Of a stretch of DNA of 64,000 nucleotides, positions 1 through 9,737 are shown piece after piece. The notes under the pieces are model-generated. The model had not been told where the DNA came from and did not search any database. It saw nothing but the letters and a program-made list of their open reading frames with translations. This DNA is from an uncultured bacterium (GTDB taxonomy: Bacteria; Krumholzibacteriota; Krumholzibacteriia; WVZY01; JAKEHA01). The position numbers were made by a program, and so were the translations under genes. The first letter of the stretch is position 1; every line of letters starts with the position of its first letter. The stretch covers positions 10,402-74,401 of the forward strand of contig CAZULB010000001.1 of assembly GCA_964621155.1 (NCBI GenBank). The letters are read 5' to 3'.

Positions 1-713
1 GCCACGACCTCGTCGTGACGCACGAGTCCCGGAAACACGGCAAGCCCGGCCGCGTCGGTCGATGTCCAGCCTTCGGGACGGCGATAGTTCGTCTTGAGAT
101 CGAACACCGCACCCGATCCTGCCTCCCAGCGTGAACCGTTCCACCGGGCCTGGTAGAGTTCGTAAAGCAACCAGTGATCGCGATCGATGATCAGCAGGTG
201 GCGATCGCCGCCGGTGTTGCCACCCGCGACCGCGTTCTCGATGTAGTTCTCCCGCGAACGCGCCTCGACGGGAATCGGATACCCGGCCGGCCTGCCGGGC
301 GCCCCGGCGTCGCTCTCGCGCCCGTACGACGTGAACGTTACCGGCTCGAGCGGCGTATCGCCGCTCACACCGATGTACGGAATCCCCCACGGCGGCGGCG
401 CCATATCCGGATGCAGGCGCTGGCGCGCAGTGGGATTGCTCTCCGTGCGGCCGCTGATCCAGTTGATGTACGACGGCGAATTGGCATCCACCGGTGCATT
501 GGTGATCTCGAGATTCCACCAGTTGTTCGCCGGCAACACCTGTGCGGCGGAAAAATCTTCCAGGAGCGCGGCTCCACTGCCACCTCCCGGCGGAAGAACC
601 GGATTATTGATGCTGGATGACGGACCCTGGGGGGAGTCCTTGGAGCATGCGGCCAGGATGCCGACTGCCAACAGCGACAGCGCTACCCGGGCCAGGATCG
701 AATTGTGAATCAT
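1..713 (-). CDS. Hypothetical lipoprotein (3' end lies beyond the window start; N-terminal 237 aa visible)
   Basis: Not in the ORF track because there is no in-window stop. Reverse-strand translation from ATG at 713..711 gives MIHNSILARVALSLLAVGILAACSKDSP..., a signal peptide with LAAC lipobox. GGAGG lies 7 nt upstream. The frame stays open to position 1. Confidence 0.5.
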   Translation of the reverse strand, partial: MIHNSILARVALSLLAVGILAACSKDSPQGPSSSINNPVLPPGGGSGAALLEDFSAAQVLPANNWWNLEITNAPVDANSPSYINWISGRTESNPTARQRLHPDMAPPPWGIPYIGVSGDTPLEPVTFTSYGRESDAGAPGRPAGYPIPVEARSRENYIENAVAGGNTGGDRHLLIIDRDHWLLYELYQARWNGSRWEAGSGAVFDLKTNYRRPEGWTSTDAAGLAVFPGLVRHDEVV

Positions 714-1204
714 GATGTGCCTCCAGGGAATTGCGAGGCACGTAGAGCAAGATCGTCGCCACGCACGATGAGGCACGATGAGGAGTCATGCGGAGCACTC
801 CAGTTTGCGCGATGCACAGGATTGTGCCGCGAGCGCGTTGTGAATGGCTCGCGCGCCGCCGCGGTGCGCCGCCTTGACAGACGTCAGTGCGTCGTCCTAC
901 CATCTGGGCACATATCGATCCCCGTGCGCCGCGCCTTCGCTTTCGACGCGGCTTTAGGGAAGAGGGTGTGAATCCCTCGCGGACCCGCCACTGTGATTGG
1001 CGAGCCGTGCGCCCAGACCACTGGCCCAGAAGTATGACGAGGCCGGGAAGGGGGCGGCGGCGCTTGAGCCATCAGCCAGGATACCTGCCGGAGATCGCCA
1101 CCATCCAAATCCTCTTCGAGGCTTGAGAGGAACGGGATGACACAATCACTGCTCTACATTTTCTCCGCGGACGACCGCTGACACGCGGCGCGTTTGCCCT
1201 TCTA

Positions 1205-3223
1205 TTGCTGACGACCGCGCGCGCGCGATCGGCGCCGGCCGACGCCACCGTTCCGGCCATTCCCGACTCGATCCCGGTGATGCCGCCCATCATCGTGACG
1301 GCGAAGCGGCCCGATTTTCGTTCCGACATCGTGAACCGGCCGGGATTCGTCGCGTTGGTGGACATGTCGCAGCGCAGGGACCGCGTGGAGGACCTGCCCG
1401 CGATTCTTTCCCAGCTGGTGGGCGTGCGTGTTACGCAGTATGGGGGGATGGGCAGCTTTGCGACGGTGTCGATTCGCGGCTCGTCGTCGAGCCAGGTGCG
1501 CACCTTCCTCGACGGGATTCCCATCGATGATCCCTATCTGGGTATCACCAACATCGGCGATCTTCCCCTGGGCGGAGTTGACCGCGTCGAGGTCTATCGC
1601 GGGTTTTCTCCTCCCGCGCTCGGTAGTGCCGCGATGGGTGGTGCGGTGCAATTGGTCTCGCGCATGGACGGCACGCACGATGCGCTGCTCTCTGGTGTGG
1701 AGGCAAACGCGTCCGCGGGATCTTTCGAAACCCGCCGGGAAGCAATTTCGTTCTGGCTAAAACCCCGCCAATTTCGTTTCTTCGGACACGGAACCCATGA
1801 GTCGTCGGCCGGTGATTTTGAGTTCGTCGACGACAATGGAACTCGGGAGAATCCTGATGACGATCGCACCACGGCTCGGGTTAACAATGACTTCGACGCG
1901 TGGAGCGGCATGCTTCGGGGCAGCGCCGAGATGCCGGGAGTGGGAACCGTGCTCGCGGGCTACTACGACGCCGCGCGCAACAATGGTGTTCCGGGCCTCG
2001 GCTCGAATCAATCGGTCAGTGCCCGCTCTGAACGGCGCCGTCGCCTCGGCCAGGTACGGATAGAGGGTGCTCCGCGCTGCGACGACCGCCTCGCTTGGAC
2101 GGCGGCCGGTTTCTATCATCGTGCGAACGAGAAGTTCCACGACCCCGACGGTGAGATAGCGCTCACCGCGGAAGAGACAGACAACACGATCAACGCGTAC
2201 GGTGGAACGGCGCGCCTGAAGTATCTGATTCCGGGTAACCGGTTCTCTGTTGAGGCGAATTACTCTGCAACGACAGAGCAGTTCCACCCGGCAGAGACAT
2301 TGCCCGCACAAGAAAACGGCCCGGACCGCTGGCGGCGGACGGTGATGATTGCGCTCGGGGGCGACGCGTATCTCATCGGCCAGTCGTTGGTGGTCTCGGG
2401 CCTTTTTCGTTATGAGCGGCACGCCGACGAGTTCGGCGATGAATCCGATTACCCCTGGCTTCCCCCCACCGCCGAAGGACGTTTCGAGCACGAGACGACC
2501 TCGCCTGGCGCCGGCGCGCGCTGGCACGCGCGATCGTGGCTCACCCTCAAGGGCAATATCGGGCGCTACTACCGGCTTCCCACTTTTCTGGAACTGTTTG
2601 GCAACACCGGCGCGGTTACCGGAAATGCCGCTCTCGAACCCGAAGAAGGTGTCAATCGTGACGCCGGCTTCACGGTGAACGTCGCTCGCGCCGGGTTTGC
2701 GCGCTCGCTCTTCGCCGAGGTGAGCTACTTCGACAACACCGTCGACAACCTCATCCTGTTCTGGCCCAACTCGCAATGGACGACTCAGCCCAGCAATATC
2801 GGAGCCGCGCGCATTCGCGGTATCGAGAGCAGCGTAAGCGCCGCGTTGCCGTATCAATTCGATGTGAGTGCCGCGTACACGTTCATGGACGCGGAGGACA
2901 CCGGCAACCTGGCGCGATACCACGGCAAGGCTCTTCCGTCCCGCCCGCGGCACGACTTCAACGGCTCGCTGTCGTATTCGTGGCACGCGCTGCGGGCGAC
3001 GTACGAGCTGCACTACATCAGCGCCAACTATCTCGACCGTTACAACGCAATGCTGACCGACGCGCGCGATCTGCACTCGTTGATTCTGACGCTGCGCGCG
3101 CCGGTTGACGGACTCTCTCTCTCGCTCGAAGGACGCAATCTGGGCGACGTGCACACCGCAGACGTGGCGGGCTTTCCCCTCCCCGGCCGGAGCGTGTATT
3201 CGACGCTGGGATATCGGTATTAG
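1205..3223 (+). CDS. TonB-dependent outer-membrane receptor
   Basis: The plug-domain signature is present (VRVTQYGGMGSFATVSIRGSSSSQVRTFLDGIPIDDP ... VDRVEVYRG). The protein is long and beta-rich and ends in an aromatic residue (YRY). The true start is probably upstream of the TTG at 1205 (see findings). Confidence 0.8.
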   Translation: MLTTARARSAPADATVPAIPDSIPVMPPIIVTAKRPDFRSDIVNRPGFVALVDMSQRRDRVEDLPAILSQLVGVRVTQYGGMGSFATVSIRGSSSSQVRTFLDGIPIDDPYLGITNIGDLPLGGVDRVEVYRGFSPPALGSAAMGGAVQLVSRMDGTHDALLSGVEANASAGSFETRREAISFWLKPRQFRFFGHGTHESSAGDFEFVDDNGTRENPDDDRTTARVNNDFDAWSGMLRGSAEMPGVGTVLAGYYDAARNNGVPGLGSNQSVSARSERRRRLGQVRIEGAPRCDDRLAWTAAGFYHRANEKFHDPDGEIALTAEETDNTINAYGGTARLKYLIPGNRFSVEANYSATTEQFHPAETLPAQENGPDRWRRTVMIALGGDAYLIGQSLVVSGLFRYERHADEFGDESDYPWLPPTAEGRFEHETTSPGAGARWHARSWLTLKGNIGRYYRLPTFLELFGNTGAVTGNAALEPEEGVNRDAGFTVNVARAGFARSLFAEVSYFDNTVDNLILFWPNSQWTTQPSNIGAARIRGIESSVSAALPYQFDVSAAYTFMDAEDTGNLARYHGKALPSRPRHDFNGSLSYSWHALRATYELHYISANYLDRYNAMLTDARDLHSLILTLRAPVDGLSLSLEGRNLGDVHTADVAGFPLPGRSVYSTLGYRY

Positions 3224-3274
3224 TCGGTAAACCCGGCGTCCGTTGCGGCGCCGCTATAATGGAGGAACGCGAGC

Positions 3275-4426
3275 ATGTTCAAGAATTCCCGATCTGCCCT
3301 TCTCTGCCTGTTGCCGGCCCTGGCCGGCGCGCTGGCGCTGGCCGCGTGTGAAGAGGATTCAGTTTCGTCGGGCCTGCCGCCCGTGCAGGGCTATTTCGCT
3401 TTCGTCACCACCACCGACTACCAGACCGGTTCCGCGTCCGTTGTCAGCGCGGACGATTCCGTGCTGGCGGCAGTCAACGATGTGGCCTTGCTGCACAGCG
3501 ACGCCCTCGCACGCGCATACGGAGGTCTCATTTATGCACTGAACCGCCAGGGCGCAGACAACGTGACTGTGATTGATCCGCTTGACGGATTCCGCATTCG
3601 CCGGCAGTTCAGCACCGGGAACGGCTCCGACCCCGAAGACATCGTGTTTCAGAACGCGAGCCGCGCATTCGTGTCGCGCTACAACGAAAATCAGGTGTGG
3701 ATCGTCAACCCCAACACCGGCCAGCGCTCCGGCCTGATCGACTTTTCGTGGCTGGCGGACGCCGACCTCGTTCCGGAGATGGCGCACATGGTGAAAGTCG
3801 GCAACCGCGTTCTTGTCGCCATCCAACGGCTGGATCGCAGCACGCCCTTTTTCGATCCGACCGGCACCAGCTACGTGGCGGTGTTCGATGCCGGCAGCGA
3901 ACAGTTTATCGACGCCGAGCCGGGGACGAGCGGCACGCAGGCCATCAAGCTGGGTGGTGTCAATCCCTTCGGTGAGATGGTGTACAACACCGCGTCGGGG
4001 AAGATCTGGGTACCCACGGTGGGCTATTTCGGCATCGCGGACGGGGGCATCGAGGTGTTGGACCCGGTAACGCTTACGACCGGCGGCATCGTGATCACCG
4101 AGACGACACTCGGTGGCGATGTGACCGATGTCGTGGCTTTGGACGCCAATCGCGGCGCCGCCATCGTGAGCGACTCCAATTTCAACACACTGCTGGTCGG
4201 GTTCGATCTAACCACGCCTACGTCGATTGACACCATTTATGCGCCCGGCAGCTTTGCCCTGCAGGATGCGGAGCGCTCGCGCGATGGCCGCATTTTTGTT
4301 TCGGACCGGTCGGTTGCATTGCCGGGAATCCGTGTGTTTCGCGGCAGCGATCACACGCAGATTACCACCAACCCGATCGACGTCGGGCTACCGCCCGCCG
4401 ACATCGAGTTCGTGACGACCAACTAG
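3275..4426 (+). CDS. Lipoprotein, predicted beta-propeller-like surface protein partnered with the TonB-dependent receptor
   Basis: GGAGG RBS. Signal peptide with lipobox (LALAAC). Beta-strand-rich repeats (YVAVFD, IVITET, AIVSD). Sits immediately downstream of the receptor gene. Confidence 0.55.
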   Translation: MFKNSRSALLCLLPALAGALALAACEEDSVSSGLPPVQGYFAFVTTTDYQTGSASVVSADDSVLAAVNDVALLHSDALARAYGGLIYALNRQGADNVTVIDPLDGFRIRRQFSTGNGSDPEDIVFQNASRAFVSRYNENQVWIVNPNTGQRSGLIDFSWLADADLVPEMAHMVKVGNRVLVAIQRLDRSTPFFDPTGTSYVAVFDAGSEQFIDAEPGTSGTQAIKLGGVNPFGEMVYNTASGKIWVPTVGYFGIADGGIEVLDPVTLTTGGIVITETTLGGDVTDVVALDANRGAAIVSDSNFNTLLVGFDLTTPTSIDTIYAPGSFALQDAERSRDGRIFVSDRSVALPGIRVFRGSDHTQITTNPIDVGLPPADIEFVTTN

Positions 4427-4433
4427 ATGAGCG

Positions 4434-5438
4434 CTACGTTTCGAGCTGATAGAGCTGCCAGAGATCGCGCGTGCTCTGGTGCAGGAGCGGCTTCATGGCA
4501 AGGCGGCCGGTGACACCGATGCTTTTCTCCAAATGTTTGAGCTCGGTGAATTTCTCGCGCGTGCCGTCGGGCACGGCGGGTTTGAACCCGGCTTCCTTCA
4601 TCATGAGTATGCCTTTGGCGCTGATGGCAAGCTCGGTATGAATGCGGAGATAGCAGAGCATGTCCACCACCACCGCGGGTTCGAACTGCCGCCCCAGCTC
4701 GGTGACATAGCGTCCGATCCGGCTGTCGCCCATGGTGCCCGAGTTCATGATCTCGAGCAGTTCGGCGTCGACATCCATCTGGCGCCCCAACCAATGGCGC
4801 GTCGCTCTTTCGCTTTCCCAGAAGGCAAAGATGAGAATTGCCGGCAAGGTGACGTGCAGCAGAATGGTCGAGAGCACGGGCGAAAGCAGGAAGTGGTTGA
4901 AGAGCGAATGTACCAGAATGACGAGCACGAGGGCCGGCACGTACGCCGTCCAGTGGCCGGCGCGCCGGTCCACGAGTGTGCGGGTTATGATGCCGTAGAC
5001 GGCGGTCATGCCGCCGTGCATCACCGCGGTGCCCAGCCCGCGCACAATCCACACCACGATATTGTGCGTTTCCAGCACGCGGATGTAATAGATGTTTTCC
5101 ACCAGCGCAAAGCCTGCGCCCACCGCAAACCCGACGATGGCTGCATCCACCATGAAGCCGATGCGCCGCCGCGCGATCAGCCACGCCAGCCATGCGGCCT
5201 TGAACGTTTCTTCGACCGGCGGCGCCGCATAACGCGTGATCAGAGCGCGCTTCCAGCCGGTGGCGTGCATGATGGAGTCGTTGATGGCGAGACTTACGAC
5301 GGCAACCGCAATACCGATGATCAGCGCCGCCACCAGCTCGCGCGGGCGCACGAGCTGAAAGCTGTCGAGATAGTTCAGCACAAAGAGAAACACGACGACC
5401 GGAAGCAGGCTTACAAGAATGCGGACGATGATTTCCAT
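4434..5438 (-). CDS. PrsW-family intramembrane metalloprotease
   Basis: Multi-pass membrane protein carrying the conserved PrsW motifs EETFK (EExxK), GFALVEN and HSLFN (HxxxN). Confidence 0.65.
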   Translation of the reverse strand: MEIIVRILVSLLPVVVFLFVLNYLDSFQLVRPRELVAALIIGIAVAVVSLAINDSIMHATGWKRALITRYAAPPVEETFKAAWLAWLIARRRIGFMVDAAIVGFAVGAGFALVENIYYIRVLETHNIVVWIVRGLGTAVMHGGMTAVYGIITRTLVDRRAGHWTAYVPALVLVILVHSLFNHFLLSPVLSTILLHVTLPAILIFAFWESERATRHWLGRQMDVDAELLEIMNSGTMGDSRIGRYVTELGRQFEPAVVVDMLCYLRIHTELAISAKGILMMKEAGFKPAVPDGTREKFTELKHLEKSIGVTGRLAMKPLLHQSTRDLWQLYQLET

Positions 5439-5443
5439 TGCGG

Positions 5444-8389
5444 CTACATGATCTTGAGCGAAATCATGAACTCGGATTCCACTTCGCGGCCTTCCTCTTT
5501 GGCGGCCGCTGCGCCGATGGACAGCGTGGACTCGAGCGCAGAGAAAATGACGAGACGGAAATCGATCTGTCCGCCCCAGTTGATTGCCTCGCGCCGGAAC
5601 GCGCTGTCATCCATGTTGGTGACCAGGCCGATGGTAAAGAGCGCCGGGCGCGCGTAAGTGCAGTAGAACTTCGGAACCCCCGCGCGCCGGAACCTCACCG
5701 GCGGGAGCGTCCACTCCACCATTGCCCTCGCGAAGTTGGTGCCGGAGATCGCATCGATCTCGGCGCCGGGAAACCGTTCGAAGTTGCGGTAGCGCTTCAC
5801 CTCCTGGTGGTCGACGTAGTTGTTGCCGAATCCACCGAAGTAGAAGCTGGCAAAACTGTCGTCGCGGTTGCCGCGCGAATAACCGCCCGCGGCGCGCAGC
5901 CACACCGACGAATGATCGATGGGCGTGAGGGCGCCGACGTCCACCTGCGCGGTTCCCCTACCGTAAAAGTCACGATTCACCAGATTGCCCTCAACCCCCA
6001 GCGACCACAACACGCCTTTCTCGTCGTCGACGGCGCCAATGGTGCGCTGCACGCGTTTGTAGTCGAGGCTGGCCGTGGCGGCGCCGTACTCGTTGAACGT
6101 CGCCAGCACGTTCTGGTTGTAGGGCAGTCGTTCTAGCCCGCCGTACCATGCCGCGTTCACCGTGTATTCGAGGTAGCGCGGGCGATCCGCAATGATGAAG
6201 TCGGAGCGCTCCAGCACCACACCATGGCCCTTGCGGCTCACTTTGGTGGGGCCAAAGAAATCGTAGAAGTCGGAACGATTGTACGCCGCCTTGAGCGTCC
6301 ACGGAAAATGGCGGAACACCATCTTCGCATGCCACATCTCCTTGTCGGGCGCGTCCGGCGAAACCCCGGCCACCACATCCCCACCGTGCACACCCAGCGG
6401 ATCCATGAAGTTCCAGCGCACACCAATGGTCGTGTAGGCCTTGTAATACTCCGCGACGGGGTAGATGGAAGCCGCCGTAATGCTGCGGACGTTGTGGTAC
6501 ACGCCACGATATGTGGTCAGTGAATCCAGATTCACGTCGCGTGGCGACGGAAGCTTCCACTCCCGGAGCTCGGGATAACGCGTAACAACCTCGTTACCGA
6601 GATACTGGATCGCGTTCACATCGGTCAGCGTAGTGTCGGCAATGACCGCCGGGTGAAAGCCGTCGCCCGCATACGCAAAGACAACGAGCGAGTCGCCCAT
6701 GGGAATAGGGCGGAAGAAGCCCACGTCAGTATTGGTGACGCAGTCCATGGCCGCGCGCTCGAAGTCCCACTTGAACACGTTGGACACGCCGGTCTGATAC
6801 GACGTCCCGTAGAGATATTTACCGTCTTTGGCATACACGAAGTTGGCAGGCGCCGTCCTGTCGAACTCGTAGAGCGTGCGATACGAACCTCCACCCTTGA
6901 GCAGATCGACGGTGTCGAACTCGACCAGCTTCACGTCACCGTTGATTTCGAGGATGGAAGCCGTGAGATGCTTTCCATCGGGCGCGACATCCAGATCGAA
7001 GACGTCGCGGCCATAGGTGAGGTCCATCACCGGCAGGATGCACTTCCAGGCGTTGTACGGCGATGCGATGCGAACCAGAGTCGAGAACCCGTTGTGGTGC
7101 TGCACGCCCCAGAGTGCGCTGTCGGCTGCGCTGTAAGCCAGGTCGCCGATGCGGCAGTCGGAAATGAGCCGCGTCGACTTGCGCGTCTCCAAGTCGATCG
7201 CGTTCAGGTCGCGCCAGTGCTTGCCGTTGTTGGTGGTGTAAAACAACCGGCGCTGGTTCGGGTCGAAGGCAAGAGAGCAAACGTAGTAGAGCGCGGGTGT
7301 CTTTACTTCATGAAGCGATTCCATCTCACCGGTGGTCAGGTCGACTGATGCAACGTGTGCAAAGGCACCCGGATAGTTCACCGCTACCAGGAGTCGGCCG
7401 GTCTTCGGATCCACGAAACCGCGCGACACCGAGCCCAGGCCGCGCGTTCCCACCACACGCGCATGGGTGAGCGGATACTGCGCCACGGTTTCCAGATTGC
7501 GCGCCTGCCACTCGTGCTCGAACTCGATCCAGCGTTCCCACATGTCCTCCAGCGACACGCCAAACACGCGGTGGAACTGCGACGCGTAGTACGCATCCGA
7601 GCTGTCGGTGCGATTGACCCACGCCATCACCCTTTCCGGTCCCTGCTGGGCGGCCAGATACGACATGAAACGCGTGCCGTAGAGATACGAGTTCTGGCCG
7701 ATCTGGAAATCGCTCGTCGTCCCTTCCGACTCGAGCCCGACGATGTCATAGAAATATTTTCTGTCGCGCACCATGGCACGGAACGCCATCTCGTCGTAGC
7801 CGCCGAGCGAGCGCCCGATGCCGCCGGCGAGCCACGTCTCCATGAAGCAGGCGATGCCCTCGTGGTACCAGCGCGGTGCGAAACGTCGCGGCGAGCACAG
7901 GTACGAGTAGATCATCGATTCCGGATTTTCGGAGTCGGCCAGCACCTTGCCACGGAAGAGCGACCGAAATACCCGGTCAATGTGGCTGGTCTTTTCGGAA
8001 GCGACCACGTGGAAGAGCTCGTGGCTCATGACCCAGTTGAAACGCTCGTTGGTCGGGCACGTCTCGTAGACGTATTCAAAGGGTTCGATGCCGAGCGTGA
8101 TGTAGTTGTTCGGAATCGTCGACGTTCCGGCATAGCCGTAGTCGTCGAAGTCCTGCAGCAGGATCGTGACTTCTTCGCCGGGAACGTATCCGAGCGAGCG
8201 CTCGAAGTAGCCGTACGAGTTTTCAAAACAGCGGGCGAGGTGCGGAATGATGTAGGCGTGCGCGGGATCGTAATAAACGACGCGCAGCGTCTTTGTCTGC
8301 AGGCACTGCAGATCAAGCCCGGCGCGTGACGGTACGGCACCGAGTGCAGCAATGATTGCGATCACAATGGAGACGGTGAGGGCGCGCAT
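5444..8389 (-). CDS. Large outer-membrane protein: N-terminal HExxH zincin-like domain, central TolB/WD40-like beta-propeller, C-terminal Omp85/surface-antigen-like beta-barrel
   Basis: Signal peptide MRALTVSIVIAIIAALGAVPSRA (start chosen at ATG 8389). MSHELFHVV ... HEGIACFMETW resembles HExxH...E. Propeller-like repeats (LLVAVNYPG, LFYTTNNG, LAYSAADS). C-terminus FYFGGFGNNYVDH...GGQIDF resembles the bacterial surface-antigen barrel. Confidence 0.55.
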   Translation of the reverse strand: MRALTVSIVIAIIAALGAVPSRAGLDLQCLQTKTLRVVYYDPAHAYIIPHLARCFENSYGYFERSLGYVPGEEVTILLQDFDDYGYAGTSTIPNNYITLGIEPFEYVYETCPTNERFNWVMSHELFHVVASEKTSHIDRVFRSLFRGKVLADSENPESMIYSYLCSPRRFAPRWYHEGIACFMETWLAGGIGRSLGGYDEMAFRAMVRDRKYFYDIVGLESEGTTSDFQIGQNSYLYGTRFMSYLAAQQGPERVMAWVNRTDSSDAYYASQFHRVFGVSLEDMWERWIEFEHEWQARNLETVAQYPLTHARVVGTRGLGSVSRGFVDPKTGRLLVAVNYPGAFAHVASVDLTTGEMESLHEVKTPALYYVCSLAFDPNQRRLFYTTNNGKHWRDLNAIDLETRKSTRLISDCRIGDLAYSAADSALWGVQHHNGFSTLVRIASPYNAWKCILPVMDLTYGRDVFDLDVAPDGKHLTASILEINGDVKLVEFDTVDLLKGGGSYRTLYEFDRTAPANFVYAKDGKYLYGTSYQTGVSNVFKWDFERAAMDCVTNTDVGFFRPIPMGDSLVVFAYAGDGFHPAVIADTTLTDVNAIQYLGNEVVTRYPELREWKLPSPRDVNLDSLTTYRGVYHNVRSITAASIYPVAEYYKAYTTIGVRWNFMDPLGVHGGDVVAGVSPDAPDKEMWHAKMVFRHFPWTLKAAYNRSDFYDFFGPTKVSRKGHGVVLERSDFIIADRPRYLEYTVNAAWYGGLERLPYNQNVLATFNEYGAATASLDYKRVQRTIGAVDDEKGVLWSLGVEGNLVNRDFYGRGTAQVDVGALTPIDHSSVWLRAAGGYSRGNRDDSFASFYFGGFGNNYVDHQEVKRYRNFERFPGAEIDAISGTNFARAMVEWTLPPVRFRRAGVPKFYCTYARPALFTIGLVTNMDDSAFRREAINWGGQIDFRLVIFSALESTLSIGAAAAKEEGREVESEFMISLKIM

Positions 8390-8442
8390 CTCGTTCCGCA
8401 GCAGTCTACGTGAGTCGGGTACGGACCACAAGGTGATGACCG

Positions 8443-8482
8443 CAAAAACGGGGCGCCACGTTTTGGTTTCGTGGCGCCCCGT
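8443..8482 (-). terminator. Rho-independent terminator downstream of the repeat-protein gene
   Basis: 13-bp perfect stem ACGGGGCGCCACG / CGTGGCGCCCCGT with a 9-nt loop. On the minus strand it is followed by TTTTTG. Confidence 0.55.
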
Positions 8483-8526
8483 CTGGTCATTGCGAAGAAG
8501 TCGGGACTGATGTTGAACGAATGCTG

Positions 8527-9594
8527 TTAGTTCCTGGCCGCCTTCTCCATCTCGGGAGCCTTCTCCAGCGAAGCCTGGGCGCGGTCGCCGACAAAGGCAC
8601 GCTCGAAGGCCGCGGCGCGCTCCGCTTCCGGCGCACGATCCAGGAAGGACGCACGCTCGGTCACGGTTGCATAGTTCAGGATCGCGGCGCGCTCGGCGTC
8701 CGTCGCTGCCTTTTCGAGCTTCACGCGTTCCGCTTCGGGCGCACGGGCGATGATCGAAGCGCGCTCTTCCTTGCTGGCGCGGTCGACGAACTTGGCACGC
8801 TCGGCCACGCTGGCACGCTCGACGATCGCCGCACGGGCGTCAACCGACATGCGCTGCGTCATGTTCATGCGCTCTTCGGCACTGGCACGCTGCAGGATCG
8901 AGGCACGCTCTTCGACGCTGGCCCTGGCCAGGACGGAGGCACGCTCGGTCGCGGTGGCGCGCTCGTACAGCTTGACGCGCTCGTCGGGCGTCGCACGTTC
9001 GAGCATCCTGGTGCGCTCGTCCGGAGTCGCCTGGTTGAAGATCGCGGCACGCTCGGCCACGCTCATGCGGTCGAGCGAGATGTTGGCGCGATCGATCATC
9101 TGGGCGCGTTCGGTCTCGGTGGCACGCTCGAACGCATCCGCCTCGACGCCGGCCTTCTGCAGCACTGAGGCGCGCTCCGTGATGTTCATGCGGCCGAGGA
9201 TCGACGCGCGCTCTTCGGGCGTGGAGCGAGCGAGGAGCGACGCGCGCTCATCGACGCTGGCGCGCTCGAGAATCGACGACGCCATCTGCTTGTCCATGCG
9301 GCTGTACAGATTGAGACGCTCCTGCGCCGACATGCGGCCCATGATTGCCCCGAACGTTTCGAGGCTGGCCGGATCATTGGCCAGCGCCATGAAGAACGCG
9401 TCCGGCGCGGCGGCGTTGTTGTCCGTAACCACGTCGTTCGGCGTGATCTGTTCCGAACGATACTTGTCCACCGTGCCGATGGCGCCCGATACGTCGGTGC
9501 CGGTCGGCGTGGTGTTGCGGGATTTCATGAAAACGACGGAGCCAATGACGACGACACTCAATGCAATCAAAAGACTGGTTGACCTCTTCGACAT
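8527..9594 (-). CDS. Membrane-anchored repeat protein (about 24 copies of a 12-aa xxERAxxxxRAx unit)
   Basis: N-terminal TM/signal anchor MSKRSTSLLIALSVVVIGSVVFM. The rest is degenerate tandem repeats such as VEERASILQRAS / VAERAKFVDRAS / EAERVKLEKAAT. Last gene of the sigma/anti-sigma operon. Confidence 0.55.
   Translation of the reverse strand: MSKRSTSLLIALSVVVIGSVVFMKSRNTTPTGTDVSGAIGTVDKYRSEQITPNDVVTDNNAAAPDAFFMALANDPASLETFGAIMGRMSAQERLNLYSRMDKQMASSILERASVDERASLLARSTPEERASILGRMNITERASVLQKAGVEADAFERATETERAQMIDRANISLDRMSVAERAAIFNQATPDERTRMLERATPDERVKLYERATATERASVLARASVEERASILQRASAEERMNMTQRMSVDARAAIVERASVAERAKFVDRASKEERASIIARAPEAERVKLEKAATDAERAAILNYATVTERASFLDRAPEAERAAAFERAFVGDRAQASLEKAPEMEKAARN
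8570..9320 (-). repeat. 36-bp periodic coding repeat (ERA repeats) inside CDS 8527..9594
   Basis: The 12-aa repeat is visible in the translation. The + strand ORFs 8521..9168 and 8750..9628 are antisense artefacts of this periodicity. Confidence 0.5.
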
Positions 9595-9702
9595 GACCCT
9601 TCCTCCTTGGACGGTGGGTGTGTACTGAATTGCTGTCGATCGTACTACATTCGCCCGGATGCGAAGTTGGTGGGCGACCCAAGATTTTCTTCCCGAAACA
9701 GC

Positions 9703-9725
9703 GACGCCCCCGAAGGCGGGGCGTC
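9703..9725 (-). terminator. Possible weak intrinsic terminator after the anti-sigma gene
   Basis: GC hairpin GACGCCCC...GGGGCGTC followed on the minus strand by a GCTGTTTC tract. Confidence 0.3.
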
Positions 9726-9737
9726 CCCGGGTAAGTC

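Noticed and set aside
763-782. Tandem 10-bp duplication GCACGATGAG x2 in the divergent promoter upstream of the TonB-dependent receptor
   Set aside because: Only two copies and very short. It could be a regulatory half-site pair, but there is no supporting symmetry or recurrence elsewhere in the window.
5438-8329. Plus-strand ORFs 5438..6136, 6653..7348 and 7355..8329
   Set aside because: All are antisense to the 5444..8389 outer-membrane protein gene. They lack an RBS or motifs and have the R/H/V-rich composition expected of reverse-frame GC-rich DNA.
8521-9628. Plus-strand ORFs 8521..9168 and 8750..9628 with their own repeat structure (ARS... repeats)
   Set aside because: Antisense reading of the 36-bp periodic ERA-repeat gene. 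Only the minus-strand frame has an N-terminal membrane anchor and a downstream intrinsic terminator.
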